From IMG/VR virus record IMGVR_UViG_2778261182_000006: DNA of 4,533 nt; one strand, written 5' to 3'. The notes beneath the pieces are model-generated. The model made no database searches and had not been told where the DNA came from. It was given only the letters and a program-made list of their open reading frames with translations. Both the position numbers and the translations under genes were made by a program. This stretch comes from a virus (taxonomy: Duplodnaviria > Heunggongvirae > Uroviricota > Caudoviricetes). This document shows, piece after piece, positions 4,527 through 4,533 of this stretch. Numbering within the stretch: position 1 is the first letter of the stretch; each line of letters opens with the position of its first letter.

Positions 4527-4533
4527 AAAGTGA

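Noticed and set aside
4386-4532. Minus-strand open frame entering from the right edge (ends ...MKTDAAKGANQHEVLRKMNSTKCNEMASLIEIVIDFND)
   Set aside because: It lies antisense to the DicF-like hairpin/terminator and overlaps the 3' end of the 4010-4396 gene. A GC-rich palindromic hairpin reads open on both strands by construction, so this is most likely an artefact.
1-4533. Checked for tRNA/rRNA, CRISPR repeat arrays, insertion-sequence terminal repeats, transposase or integrase genes
   Set aside because: No cloverleaf-compatible segment, no regularly spaced direct repeats and no transposase/integrase-like ORF were seen; the only repeats are the operator and iteron-type elements already listed.

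Overview
This window reads as the immunity and early-regulatory region of a lambdoid (Rac/Qin-like) enterobacterial prophage; no database search was possible, so all family assignments rest on sequence motifs and recollection. Minus strand, leftward operon: a Cro-like YdaS-family HTH gene (1791-2063), a YdaT-like CII-analogue gene (1382-1807), a replication initiator with an N-terminal DNA-binding region and a DnaT-like C-terminus (411-1358) whose gene carries iteron-like repeats, and a partial unknown ORF running off the left edge (1-370). Plus strand, rightward: a CI/DicA-like HTH regulator co-operonic with a 63-aa antitoxin and a ParE-family toxin (2173-3083), which matches the three-component paaR2-paaA2-parE2 architecture known from E. 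coli O157:H7 cryptic prophage. This is followed by an intrinsic terminator (3100-3125), a TTGACA promoter inside a perfect 39-bp palindrome (3136-3179), two small unknown genes (3791-4396) and a DicF-like sRNA/terminator at the right edge (about 4465-4526). The least explained part is 3186-4396: a C-rich leader, a mutually exclusive sense/antisense ORF pair (one a 4-Cys zinc ribbon) and two uncharacterised small proteins; this is the best candidate for undescribed biology here. No tRNA, rRNA, CRISPR array, transposase or integrase was seen.
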